From: Candidatus Saccharimonadales bacterium
Lineage (GTDB): Bacteria > Patescibacteriota > Saccharimonadia > Saccharimonadales > DATKHC01
Reading direction: 5' to 3'
NCBI GenBank assembly: GCA_038317055.1
Contig: JBBQBA010000001.1
Location: 24,153 to 88,152 of the forward strand
Length of the DNA stretch: 64,000 nt
Part shown: positions 53,670 to 62,799 of the stretch, piece after piece
Layout: the number at the start of each line of letters is the position of its first letter
How positions within the stretch are numbered: the first letter of the stretch is position 1
Notes under the pieces: generated by a model
The model's database searches: none
The model's input: the letters and a program-made list of their open reading frames with translations, nothing else
Told to the model about the DNA's origin: nothing
Program-made: the position numbers and the translations under genes

Positions 53670-54547
53670 AGTAATTCCCTATATAGGTTATACATGTAGC
53701 TTTGGCCTATTAGTAAGCCTATTATTGAAAGTGCGAAAAATATAAAATCAGATACACGCGGTATAACAGCAACAAATAAAATACTTAATATACTGATTAA
53801 TAATAAAAGAGCGATCGGCATAAATAAAACTTTTCTTAAAACAACCATCCTTCTACCTTTTACCATTTTCCATGAAGAGCGAATAGCTTCAAATGGTTTT
53901 ACGTCTGGAACTGTGACAATATATAGCGCAAATATTGATGATACTACAAGGTAGATACTGACAATAACAAATAAAAGAACAACTAAAATCCATAGAACCT
54001 TTTCTACTGTACTCCCGGCTATTCCATTATTAAATATTGTGGCGTATAAAATTGCACCAAATAATGCTGGTACTAACTCAGCAGCTAAGAAAAATAAGAT
54101 AATAAAAAATTGGATAAAAGGGTATTGGCTTTTATAAAAACTATCTCTTATCGTTATTTTGTTTTTCTTAATTATCTCTCTTATCATCCATATAAAAATA
54201 AGACTAAATATTACAAAAAACAGTGTCTGAAATAATCCTCCAGTCGCGGCATTGTTAGAAAAACTTGATCCCACCACATTACCAAAAGCCGATAAATCAG
54301 CTCCAAGTGCCGATGGTTTTATATTATTCCCGACATAGTTGTTCTTAAAATTAACTACGTTTATGGTTGATTTGAAACCTCTTACAAACAACATTGTCAG
54401 TAAAAAATATATAGCTAAAACAACTGAAAATAACTTCCAGTTTTTAATGATTACATCAATACTCTTAAATGAAAGTTTTAAAACATTTGGTAATTGTATA
54501 TTCTCTGTTTTTACAATAGCCTTTTCTTTCTTAGCTACTTTAGACAT
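53666..54547 (-). CDS. hypothetical polytopic membrane protein
   Basis: 293 aa with about 6 hydrophobic helices. It overlaps ligA (4 nt) and htpX (8 nt). Confidence 0.45.
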   Translation of the reverse strand: MSKVAKKEKAIVKTENIQLPNVLKLSFKSIDVIIKNWKLFSVVLAIYFLLTMLFVRGFKSTINVVNFKNNYVGNNIKPSALGADLSAFGNVVGSSFSNNAATGGLFQTLFFVIFSLIFIWMIREIIKKNKITIRDSFYKSQYPFIQFFIILFFLAAELVPALFGAILYATIFNNGIAGSTVEKVLWILVVLLFVIVSIYLVVSSIFALYIVTVPDVKPFEAIRSSWKMVKGRRMVVLRKVLFMPIALLLLISILSILFVAVIPRVSDFIFFALSIIGLLIGQSYMYNLYRELL

Positions 54548-55415
54548 TAGTTTCCATATTCTTAAGCCGGTTAATTCGTTCTTGAATTGGAGGATGGGTA
54601 CTAAATAGATTTGTTACACTATGGTTTTTTAATGGATTAGCAAAAAAGAAATGAGCAGTTGCAGTGTTTTGTTTTTTCAAAGCACTACCTGAAGCTTCAA
54701 TTTTTTGTAAAGCACTGATTAAACCCTCAGGATATCTAGTTGTCAAAGCTCCTGTAGCATCAGCTAAGTATTCACGTTTTCGTGATACTGAAAGTTGAAT
54801 TAGAGTAGCTATTATTGGTGCAAGAATAGCCGCAACAATACCTAATATTAAAAATATTTGATTATTCTCACCCTCATTATCATCACCAAAAAACGCCATT
54901 CTAAGCATTATGTCTGCCAAGATACTTATTACAGCTGCAAGTGCGAACGCCAACATAGCTACTCTAATATCATAATTTTTAACATGACCCATCTCATGAG
55001 CAAATACTCCCTGAAGTTCTGTGTCGGTCATCATTTGGAGTAATCCGCTTGTTGCACAAACTGCTGCTTTATCAGGCGTACGACCAGTTGCAAAAGCATT
55101 TGGTGATGGATCATCCATAATAAACACTCTTGGCATAGGTAGACCATCGGTAATGCTAAGGTTTTCAATTATTCGCCACAGCCTTGGATTATCAACGCTT
55201 TTAATTTCTTTAGCACCATTTAACGCTAAAGATAGTCTAGAACCAGCATAATAACTTATTATCGCGTAAATCATACCACCAAGTAAGACAAAGGGGAAAA
55301 TTGAAGCATTACCTACAAATTTTGAAAATATAAATCCAATAATTCCAATAAAGATAATAAATACAAAAAGCATTAAATAAGTTTTGCGTTTATTGGACGT
55401 AATTTGACTATACAT
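54540..55415 (-). CDS. htpX: zinc metalloprotease HtpX (M48)
   Basis: HEMGHVKNYD is the HExxH motif. The topology is 4 TM helices, with a C-terminal STHPPIQERI. Confidence 0.9.
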   Translation of the reverse strand: MYSQITSNKRKTYLMLFVFIIFIGIIGFIFSKFVGNASIFPFVLLGGMIYAIISYYAGSRLSLALNGAKEIKSVDNPRLWRIIENLSITDGLPMPRVFIMDDPSPNAFATGRTPDKAAVCATSGLLQMMTDTELQGVFAHEMGHVKNYDIRVAMLAFALAAVISILADIMLRMAFFGDDNEGENNQIFLILGIVAAILAPIIATLIQLSVSRKREYLADATGALTTRYPEGLISALQKIEASGSALKKQNTATAHFFFANPLKNHSVTNLFSTHPPIQERINRLKNMETNV

Positions 55416-55456
55416 TATCTTACTATTATACCTGTTCTAGACTAATTTAAGTAAGA

Positions 55457-56848
55457 TTAAAGTCTCATTTGCTGAAAGGCTTTTAGCAGAATATCGAGCA
55501 TTATTTGATAATTTGCTGCGTTTGAATTTCCGGAGTTTACACCTGCATATAAATAAACCACATTGTCTACTACATTTATATTAACTTCAAAAGGCAATGC
55601 TTCTAACTTTTCCATAAAGACAGGTTCTAAAAGTTCAAAACTAGTAACTCTTTCTATATCGCTAGCAAAAACCTCATACTTCTTATTAAAGTCAGGCCAC
55701 TCCATAGAAACTTTAGTTAGGCCACGAATACCAAATGGATGAAATCCTGATTTGTGTCTTACTAAAATTTCACCATAACTTTTAGGAACATTTGTTTGAG
55801 CTATCAAATAAGTCTTATTATTCGCGTTTGGATTAGCGTTGTAAGTATAGATCTGAACCAAACAATCTTTATACATTCCAATAATATGATTATTTAAATC
55901 TGATACCCCAAACTTACCTTCTCCAAATAATTGTCCACGTGCAGGAAGTAACAACCAACCCATATCTAGGCTATAAAAAAAACCCTGGCTTGATGCGAAT
56001 TCTTCTAATGCGGGGTTGTTGGACCATTGGTTAGCTGTAGCGGGTTGAATACCGTCGAGTAGCCAATTATTATCGAATCTATGGAATCGCCAAAATTCTG
56101 AGAAGTTATTATTGTTAGTGAAAATAGTTTTATCATCCCGAGTATCAATAAGTTGATCATTCGCCTTTGCGGTAAATCCAATTATAAAGTCATCTTTAGA
56201 ATTATCTGTTGAATCATCTACTTTTGTTATAGTTGCTTGAATAATTTGTGGCGAATTAACGTTGTCGCGACGACCAGCTAGTTGCAAAGCATAAACCAAA
56301 AGTGCAGCATGTTTATAATAGTATGGCGATAGATAGGTCTTCATTGACTCTGTATTGTAGTCAGTCCAGTCTTTTTGATATTTGAAAAAGACATCCTTTG
56401 CATGATCAGTAAGAGTTTGTTCATTCCAAACTGAATCGTTTTGTTCAGCATTATTTAGTTCATTTCTAGTTACTCTAGACTGTTTTATTTTGCCGAATAA
56501 ATTATAAAGTCCCGCAGCCATACCGATTGGCGCACCAATTGCGGATACAATAAATAATAAACTGACATGGAAAGAAAAGAATAGTAAGAATACTGTATAG
56601 ATCCCGGCTATAGCCCAACCAATCCCCTGGCCTAAGACAGATTCAACTTCATTATTTCGGAATTTCCGTACTAAAGCCCCTGCTAAATGCATTGGTAAAT
56701 ATCCCAGTAAAAATAATCCACCTCCTATTCCGCCGCCACCCGAGCCACCTGAACCTCCGCCACCTCCGCCGCCACCAGAGCCACCACCACCAGCTGATGA
56801 AAATATGTAGCTAACATGTGTGAAAATTAGACCAAATAAATCGGGCAT
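55457..56848 (-). CDS. membrane protein with Gly-run, Tim44-like domain and DUF3137-like C-terminal domain
   Basis: The N-terminus reads SSAGGGGSGGGGGGGGSGGSGGGGIGGG. TM helices follow. KYQKDWTDYNTESMKTYLSPYYY..FWRFHRFDNNWLLDGIQ is Tim44-like, and the C-terminal domain resembles DUF3137. Confidence 0.55.
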   Translation of the reverse strand: MPDLFGLIFTHVSYIFSSAGGGGSGGGGGGGGSGGSGGGGIGGGLFLLGYLPMHLAGALVRKFRNNEVESVLGQGIGWAIAGIYTVFLLFFSFHVSLLFIVSAIGAPIGMAAGLYNLFGKIKQSRVTRNELNNAEQNDSVWNEQTLTDHAKDVFFKYQKDWTDYNTESMKTYLSPYYYKHAALLVYALQLAGRRDNVNSPQIIQATITKVDDSTDNSKDDFIIGFTAKANDQLIDTRDDKTIFTNNNNFSEFWRFHRFDNNWLLDGIQPATANQWSNNPALEEFASSQGFFYSLDMGWLLLPARGQLFGEGKFGVSDLNNHIIGMYKDCLVQIYTYNANPNANNKTYLIAQTNVPKSYGEILVRHKSGFHPFGIRGLTKVSMEWPDFNKKYEVFASDIERVTSFELLEPVFMEKLEALPFEVNINVVDNVVYLYAGVNSGNSNAANYQIMLDILLKAFQQMRL

Positions 56849-56870
56849 AAATTGTTTCTATTGTTATGAA

Positions 56871-57428
56871 TTAAAACTTTACTGCAACAGGTTCTTGTAT
56901 AGCGGGTTGATCACTTTCAAAAAACTCTTTGTCAGTATGAAATCCTAGCATTCCTGCAAATATGCTAGTTGGGAATACTTTTCGTTTAGTATTAAAATCT
57001 CTAACTACACTGTTATAAAATCTTCTAGAAGCTTGAATCTTATCTTCAGTATCGGTTATTTGGGCTTGAAGATCTAAGAAGTTTTGATTAGCTTTTAAAT
57101 CTGGATAATTCTCAGAAACCGCAAACAAACTTTTAAGTGCTCCCGTAAACTGATTATCAGCATCAGCAGTTTGTTTAACTGTTTGTGCATTTAACGCATT
57201 AGATCTAGCTTTTGTTACATCTTCGAATACAGTTTTTTCGTGAGATGCGTATCCCTGAACTGTACTAACTAGATTTGGTATTAAATCATATCTTCGTTTT
57301 AGTTGTACGGTAATATCGCTCCAAGCTTCATCTGAACGAACATTCAACCTAACAAGACTGTTGTACATCACTACAGCAGCAATAATAATTATGACCACTA
57401 CAGCTATTACTATTATTATGATCGGCAT
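56871..57428 (-). CDS. lemA: LemA family protein
   Basis: It has an N-terminal TM helix. YNSLVRL..AWSDITVQLKRRYDLIPNLV..ENYPDLKANQNF..RRFYN is typical of LemA. Confidence 0.9.
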   Translation of the reverse strand: MPIIIIVIAVVVIIIIAAVVMYNSLVRLNVRSDEAWSDITVQLKRRYDLIPNLVSTVQGYASHEKTVFEDVTKARSNALNAQTVKQTADADNQFTGALKSLFAVSENYPDLKANQNFLDLQAQITDTEDKIQASRRFYNSVVRDFNTKRKVFPTSIFAGMLGFHTDKEFFESDQPAIQEPVAVKF

Positions 57429-57567
57429 TAATTACTCCTTATACTTATGCAAATAATTATAGCATTATTACACTTGAAATAACTTAAAATTCAGATTAAA
57501 ACTAAATAAATTGTAGGTATAAACAAATACGTTTGCGTAAACGATTGAAATATTTTCTATATAATTA

Positions 57568-57644
57568 TGGTGGGTGATGAGGGACTCGAACCCCCGACCC
57601 TCTCGGTGTAAACGAGATGCTCTAGCCAACTGAGCTAATCACCC
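57568..57644 (-). tRNA. tRNA-Val (anticodon TAC), CCA encoded
   Basis: The reverse complement folds as GGGTGAT-TA-GCTC-AGTTGGCTA-GAGC-A-TCTCG-TTTACAC-CGAGA-GGGTC-GGGGG-TTCGAGT-CCCTC-ATCACCC-A-CCA. Confidence 0.9.
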
Positions 57645-57755
57645 GACTTCTGATAAAGTATCACATCTGTACTATAGAGAGCAATAATTACGTTTCAGTA
57701 AACTTAATAAATTGATTTTTTAGTTGCTCATCCTTATGCTAATGAGGAGTTATAG

Positions 57756-57839
57756 GCGCGAGTGGTGAAATGGTAGACACGCCTGTCTGAGGGGCAGGTG
57801 CCGCAAGGTGTGGAGGTTCGAGTCCTCTCTCGCGCACCA
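57756..57839 (+). tRNA. tRNA-Leu (anticodon GAG), type II long variable arm, CCA encoded
   Basis: Acceptor GCGCGAG/CTCGCGC. The anticodon arm is CCTGT-CTGAGGG-GCAGG. The variable arm is 13 nt (TGCCGCAAGGTGT) and the T-loop is TTCGAGT. Confidence 0.9.
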
Positions 57840-57844
57840 TTTTT

Positions 57845-59488
57845 TTATTGTTGATTAACAACTAGTGCAGTTGGCATTGTTGCATTAACCGTAACTATAA
57901 CTTTCCAATTCGCTGGCACATTTAACGTTAATAATCCTTTTCCCGTAGTTACAGTTGAAGGATATATTGTATTTTCCGCACCCGATGAAGGTCCCATAGT
58001 AACTGTTACGTTCTGAGAAACACTATTAGCTAAATATACTGTTGTATTACAAATAGTGGATGGAGTAAATGCTACTCCAGAAGTTGGTGTTGGACTACTA
58101 GTTAATGTCTGCGACCCAGTTCCCTGACTAAAACCAATTTCAACCCACATTTGCATGTCTTGTTTCCATATAACCGTCAAAGTTCCGCCATTGCCAGCAA
58201 GAACTCTGGTTGCGCTGTTTAGAATCAGCTGCTGAGTCACTCCAGAAGTAAAGGTTAGTGTATTTGTGACTGAAACTGCGCCATTAACAATAGTTATGAC
58301 TTGGCCATCATATCCAACTCCTACGCCTGTAATGACAGCTGCTCCAGTTATGGCTGCTACCGCTGAGGCTGAAACTAAAGTTATAGTGCTAGAATATCGT
58401 GCATCTACAGTAAAATTAGCTCCCGCTGATTGAGTATTACTACCGGAAAATACTGCCTGTCCTGTAGCTATTGTTGCGGTTCCAAAAACGGTCGTACAAC
58501 CCGTAAAAGTATTACCGCCGGATACTCCTGTATATGAAATAGCCGGACTAGTTGCCTGGTTATTACCACTGGCGATCAGAATTACTGGATTAATTGCTGC
58601 TGTTGCATTTATAGTTCCAGATCCACTTACCACTACACCTCCAAATACAAAAGCAGCCCTACTGGTATATGTAAATGTATGTGAAGTCCCTGTATTATCA
58701 ACTATCGTTCCCATACCAGCTTGTGCCCATCCAACATTGTTCGCTTGCAAGAAAGTAGCAGTATTAATGGCACTTATTGTAGTTGAAGAGCCATAGGATG
58801 CGGTTGTAAAGCTAGTATTAAATCCATTTGTCGAAGTCACATTTAATGAACCTGAACCTGTATAAGTACTTATATTTACATTATTTGAGCCACTAGTGAT
58901 ATTAGTTATCATCGGAGCTGATGGTACAAAAGTAGTTGAAGAATTCAATAAACCTACATTTTGAGTTGCACCATAAAACGGATAATAAGTGGCGCCATCA
59001 TTCGCCATATTAGCTATGACAACACCTAATTGTTTTGCTACAGTTCCATTTCCAGCACCTTGAGTTCCTGTAGATACGTCGTTTACATTAATTCCAATTC
59101 TAATTAGGCCAGTTGTATTTGCGCCGTAAATACCTCCTAGCTGCATATTAATCTGTTGAATATTGGATAAACTACCACCATTAGTTGTTAAATATAAGAT
59201 GTTATCCCAGATTCCTACTGACCAACCTTGTCCAGCACCAGGAGAACTAAAAGTGTTACCAGATAAAGGAAATGCTACGGGTGCATTATTAGCAATGACT
59301 GTTGGTAAATTAACAAATTGTTCTGCTGAATAGATACTAGTAATTGCAAACTTTAATGATACTGTTCCACTTTGTGTTGAATTAACAGGAGTAAATCCAT
59401 TAAATAAAGAAATTGACCAAACTCCACCAGTATATGAAATATTACTCGATTTAGCGTTTGCGCCTATACCAGTACCTGTAACCAACAT
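57845..59488 (-). CDS. hypothetical beta-rich S/T/G/N-rich fibre-associated protein, no signal peptide
   Basis: 547-aa ORF lying 8 nt downstream of the collagen-like gene. The stop lies 5 nt from the tRNA-Leu 3' end. No hydrophobic N-terminus. Confidence 0.55.
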   Translation of the reverse strand: MLVTGTGIGANAKSSNISYTGGVWSISLFNGFTPVNSTQSGTVSLKFAITSIYSAEQFVNLPTVIANNAPVAFPLSGNTFSSPGAGQGWSVGIWDNILYLTTNGGSLSNIQQINMQLGGIYGANTTGLIRIGINVNDVSTGTQGAGNGTVAKQLGVVIANMANDGATYYPFYGATQNVGLLNSSTTFVPSAPMITNITSGSNNVNISTYTGSGSLNVTSTNGFNTSFTTASYGSSTTISAINTATFLQANNVGWAQAGMGTIVDNTGTSHTFTYTSRAAFVFGGVVVSGSGTINATAAINPVILIASGNNQATSPAISYTGVSGGNTFTGCTTVFGTATIATGQAVFSGSNTQSAGANFTVDARYSSTITLVSASAVAAITGAAVITGVGVGYDGQVITIVNGAVSVTNTLTFTSGVTQQLILNSATRVLAGNGGTLTVIWKQDMQMWVEIGFSQGTGSQTLTSSPTPTSGVAFTPSTICNTTVYLANSVSQNVTVTMGPSSGAENTIYPSTVTTGKGLLTLNVPANWKVIVTVNATMPTALVVNQQ

Positions 59489-59496
59489 TCCACCCG

Positions 59497-60900
59497 TTAT
59501 TGCAGTACTTGTTGGGTAGATTTTGTAATTACATTAGAACCGTTAGTAGTTGTCCATGTGTCATTAACTGGTGTTGCATTTGTATATGTATATTCATTCT
59601 GAATAACTGGCCCTATTCCATAAAGCGCGCTAGCTGGTTGAGCAAAAGTAACATTTCCCTCATTTTGAATTACTCCCCTAGGACCATACGGGCCACCACT
59701 AAGGCTAGTAGCAATTGAAGGCGGTGCATTTACATTTCCAAGTTGCGTTATTGTTCCCGGATTACTTGCTATTGGGGCTGTGGCGGTTGTTGAAGAAGTT
59801 ATTGTAAAACTTATAAGAGATAATGAACTTCCGATATTCCAATTACTTGGTACGAAACCAGTTGAATATGCACCAAATACGTCGCCAATTTTGCCTAACG
59901 TTCCTAGTATTGAAGAGCTGAAAGTAAAAGTCGCAACTCCTCCAGACCAAGAATTAGTCCCGAGCATTGAAGTAGTAAGAAGCGGTAAAAAGTCCACCGT
60001 AACAGTTTGTGAAGTTAAAATAGCGGTATTTGCTCTTAATGAATCGGTAGGACCATAGGTAGAGTCATATACGAGAGATAACATAATATTTTTAGATAAG
60101 GTGGTCGGTACTTGTGATTCGATCCAAGTTCCAGGAGCTCCTGCTATAGTACAAGTCCAAACAGCACCAGTTTGATCAATAACAAAATCGCCGACCGTAA
60201 ATGTAACAGCTCCCCCAGTTGGTGCACCCAACGAAGTAGTACCCATATATCTACCATCAAGTAATGACCCACTTCCACCCTGTACGCCTAAACTACTTGC
60301 TCCGGTAATAGCATTATTTCCCATTCCTATAGAACCGCTCATGGTGCCACCAGTTAGTAATAATGCCCCACTAGATGCAGCACCTGTTGCTCCTTGAGGA
60401 CCAGTTGAGCCTGTCGAACCTGATCCTGTTGCTCCTTGAGGACCAGTTGAGCCTGTTGCACCTGTTGGTCCAGTAGCTCCAGTAGTACCGGCACCGGTTG
60501 AACCCTGAGGACCAGTAGAACCCGTTGCACCTGTTGGTCCAGTAGCACCAGTGATTCCGGCACCTGTAGAGCCGGTATTTCCAATTGGGCCGGAAGATCC
60601 TGTAAAACCCTGTATTCCTTGCGAACCTGTAGCACCTGTCGAACCTGTTCCCGTTGCTCCCTGAGGACCAGTTGAGCCAGTTACTCCGGTTGCACCAGTG
60701 CTACCTTGAGCACCAGTAGCACCTGTTGCTCCCCCACCAGGTCCAGTTGGACCTATTGTACCTTGTGGACCTTGTGGTCCTGTAGCACCAACAGCAGAAT
60801 CTTTCAGACTTCCATCGGAATTTAAGGAAACACTTAAAAAGTCGTTTAATATATTACCCCAATTACCATTATCCCCACCGGGTGACGGTAAGCGCGCCAT
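59497..60900 (-). CDS. collagen-like triple-helix-repeat protein (tail-fibre-like N-terminus)
   Basis: The N-terminus [22 protein letters not shown] is followed by ~135 aa of G-X-Y repeats ([17 protein letters not shown]...). The C-terminal domain is beta-rich. No signal peptide. Confidence 0.8.
   Translation of the reverse strand: MARLPSPGGDNGNWGNILNDFLSVSLNSDGSLKDSAVGATGPQGPQGTIGPTGPGGGATGATGAQGSTGATGVTGSTGPQGATGTGSTGATGSQGIQGFTGSSGPIGNTGSTGAGITGATGPTGATGSTGPQGSTGAGTTGATGPTGATGSTGPQGATGSGSTGSTGPQGATGAASSGALLLTGGTMSGSIGMGNNAITGASSLGVQGGSGSLLDGRYMGTTSLGAPTGGAVTFTVGDFVIDQTGAVWTCTIAGAPGTWIESQVPTTLSKNIMLSLVYDSTYGPTDSLRANTAILTSQTVTVDFLPLLTTSMLGTNSWSGGVATFTFSSSILGTLGKIGDVFGAYSTGFVPSNWNIGSSLSLISFTITSSTTATAPIASNPGTITQLGNVNAPPSIATSLSGGPYGPRGVIQNEGNVTFAQPASALYGIGPVIQNEYTYTNATPVNDTWTTTNGSNVITKSTQQVLQ
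60385..60789 (-). repeat. in-frame G-X-Y (collagen) coding repeat with a few frame interruptions and near-identical sub-repeats
   Basis: Repeated ggaccagt(t/a)ga(g/a)cc(t/c)gt.. units encode [16 protein letters not shown](S/A)TG twice. Confidence 0.8.
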
Positions 60901-61020
60901 TTGTTACTTAATTACCCTTTTAGACATCAGTATTTATTTAACCCTCTAGGCCAGAATGCCTATTAATTAGAAGCGGCATTTAAGGATTAGTATATATGAT
61001 AGAAAGCATTTATATAAGGA

Positions 61021-62658
61021 CTAGATGTAGGGTAGATAACTATAAAAATGACCAAGATCATAGCTATCACGAAGAATTGGTTTCACGGTATCAATTCCGC
61101 CACCTATCTTTACGCCAGGATTTAGTATACCGTGTGGGTCAAAAGTTTCTTTTATTTTTCTAAGTATCTCATAAGCATCCGCACCGTATTGTAATGGTAA
61201 GTATGCAGTTCTTAGTCGTCCTTCACCATGTTCTCCGGTAATACTGCCATCTAAATTAAGAACTAGCTTATAGTATTCATCCATAATCTTAAATATTTTT
61301 TGACGATGTCCAACTTGGCCAATATCCAATATTGGTTGAATATGAAGATGTCCATCACCGGCGTGACCGTAAACTGAAATTGGCATATTGTTATTCTTAA
61401 ATATTTCATATACCCCAGCCATAAACTTAGCTAGATTTTCCGGTGGTACAATTCCATCTTCAATAATTGGAATCGGTTTCGCACTACCTTCACCGTGTAA
61501 AAGTACTGCAGTTGTACTTTCTCGGAGTTTCCATAATTCTTCTTTTTTATGGGCTTCAGTTTCAGAATGATATTGAACTGCATTATCTTTAAATATTCGT
61601 GATAATCTCTTCAATAATTTCTTTTGTGCATGATCTGATTCATTGTCCAGTTCTATTAATAAAACAAAATTAGGCATTGGTTCTTTTAGGGTTGCCGAAA
61701 TTAAACCAGGATCATATTTGTGTGCCATATCGAGTAAATTCTTATCTACAATTTCGACCATACTTGGAGTCTCCGGCAATTTTCTAATTTCTATAATAAC
61801 CTGCTGTAATACCGCAAGAGTTTCTAGTTTAGCAAGTATTAATGTCGTATTTGCCTTGCGCTGTAAAGTAGATAATGTAGCCTCAGTTATTAGACCAAGT
61901 GTTCCCTGTGATCCAACAAGTAATGGAGTTAGATCAAAAGATCCGTCTTTTCGCTTTACTAGATTAATATTGTAGCCTGCAGCATTCTTGGTTGTACTTA
62001 GATTAAACTTTTTAATAACCTCCTGGTTGTCTTCAATTAGGGCATCAATAGTTCTATATATTTCACCTTCAAAGGTTGATAGTCCAAGTTTCTTATTGAG
62101 TTCGCGTTTTGATAACCGCTTTGCATCAATTACATCACCATTTGAAAGAACTACCCTTAGACCCTTTACAAAATCAAGAGTAGATCCGTATTTCAGACTT
62201 CTAGCACCACTAGCATTGTTTGCCAGAGCTCCGCCAATCGTGCTGTATTCCATTGAGGATGGTGCCGGAGGTAGAAACCTATCATGTGTATAAAGAGTTT
62301 GTTGAAGTTTGCCATAATTAATTCCTGGCTCAACAGTTACAGTTCCGGTTTTGTTATCTAATTCAAGTATCCGATTAAGGTGTGCCGGGAAGATTATTAT
62401 TATTCCACTACCGATAGCAGCTCCTGTTTGATCTGTACCACTTCCACGTGCGGTTATAGGAAACACTCGACCTCGCTCAGCTAATTGCCAGGTAAACTTA
62501 GTGGTCTTTCTAATATCGTTTTCATTTCTAGGATAAACGATGACGTTGGGAGTTATCGTAAATATGCTTGCGTCTGTAGAAAAGTGTCGCCTTGCATCAT
62601 TACCTGTAATTATCTCACCATTAATATGACCCTGTAAGTATTGCGCGATTTTATTCAT
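61021..62658 (-). CDS. FAD-linked oxidase (GlcD / D-lactate dehydrogenase-like), paralogue of 34294-35949
   Basis: ITARGSGTDQTGAA..GHAGDGHLHI..GSITGEHGEG..FDPHGILNPG. The start was trimmed to ATG 62658 (MNKIAQYL). Confidence 0.85.
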   Translation of the reverse strand: MNKIAQYLQGHINGEIITGNDARRHFSTDASIFTITPNVIVYPRNENDIRKTTKFTWQLAERGRVFPITARGSGTDQTGAAIGSGIIIIFPAHLNRILELDNKTGTVTVEPGINYGKLQQTLYTHDRFLPPAPSSMEYSTIGGALANNASGARSLKYGSTLDFVKGLRVVLSNGDVIDAKRLSKRELNKKLGLSTFEGEIYRTIDALIEDNQEVIKKFNLSTTKNAAGYNINLVKRKDGSFDLTPLLVGSQGTLGLITEATLSTLQRKANTTLILAKLETLAVLQQVIIEIRKLPETPSMVEIVDKNLLDMAHKYDPGLISATLKEPMPNFVLLIELDNESDHAQKKLLKRLSRIFKDNAVQYHSETEAHKKEELWKLRESTTAVLLHGEGSAKPIPIIEDGIVPPENLAKFMAGVYEIFKNNNMPISVYGHAGDGHLHIQPILDIGQVGHRQKIFKIMDEYYKLVLNLDGSITGEHGEGRLRTAYLPLQYGADAYEILRKIKETFDPHGILNPGVKIGGGIDTVKPILRDSYDLGHFYSYLPYI

Positions 62659-62799
62659 ATTTAAATACAAAATCCCCCGAAAGCATTAACATATTTACAG
62701 TTATCATAGCATAATAATCTGTCTCCAATTGATACTTTTTAACTAATAAAAATACTAATGAAGACTTTGATCAAAACTAATAACTCTTACAATTTATAA

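Noticed and set aside
60354-60635. 93-aa same-strand alternative-frame ORF (and the plus-strand ORF at 59780-60058) inside the collagen-like gene
   Set aside because: These are frame-shifted readings of the G-X-Y repeat (L/Q/V-rich nonsense). The long frame with uninterrupted Gly periodicity is the real one.
60385-60789. Short periodic DNA repeats that could suggest a CRISPR array or a non-coding tandem repeat
   Set aside because: The periodicity is 9 nt (G-X-Y codons), in frame inside a 467-aa ORF. There are no unique spacers of CRISPR length and no cas genes.
57845-60900. Calling this region an intact prophage
   Set aside because: Only two fibre-like genes are present. There is no integrase, terminase, capsid, portal or lysis gene, and I could not see a direct repeat of the tRNA end by eye. 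It is kept only as a remnant/domestication hypothesis in the findings.
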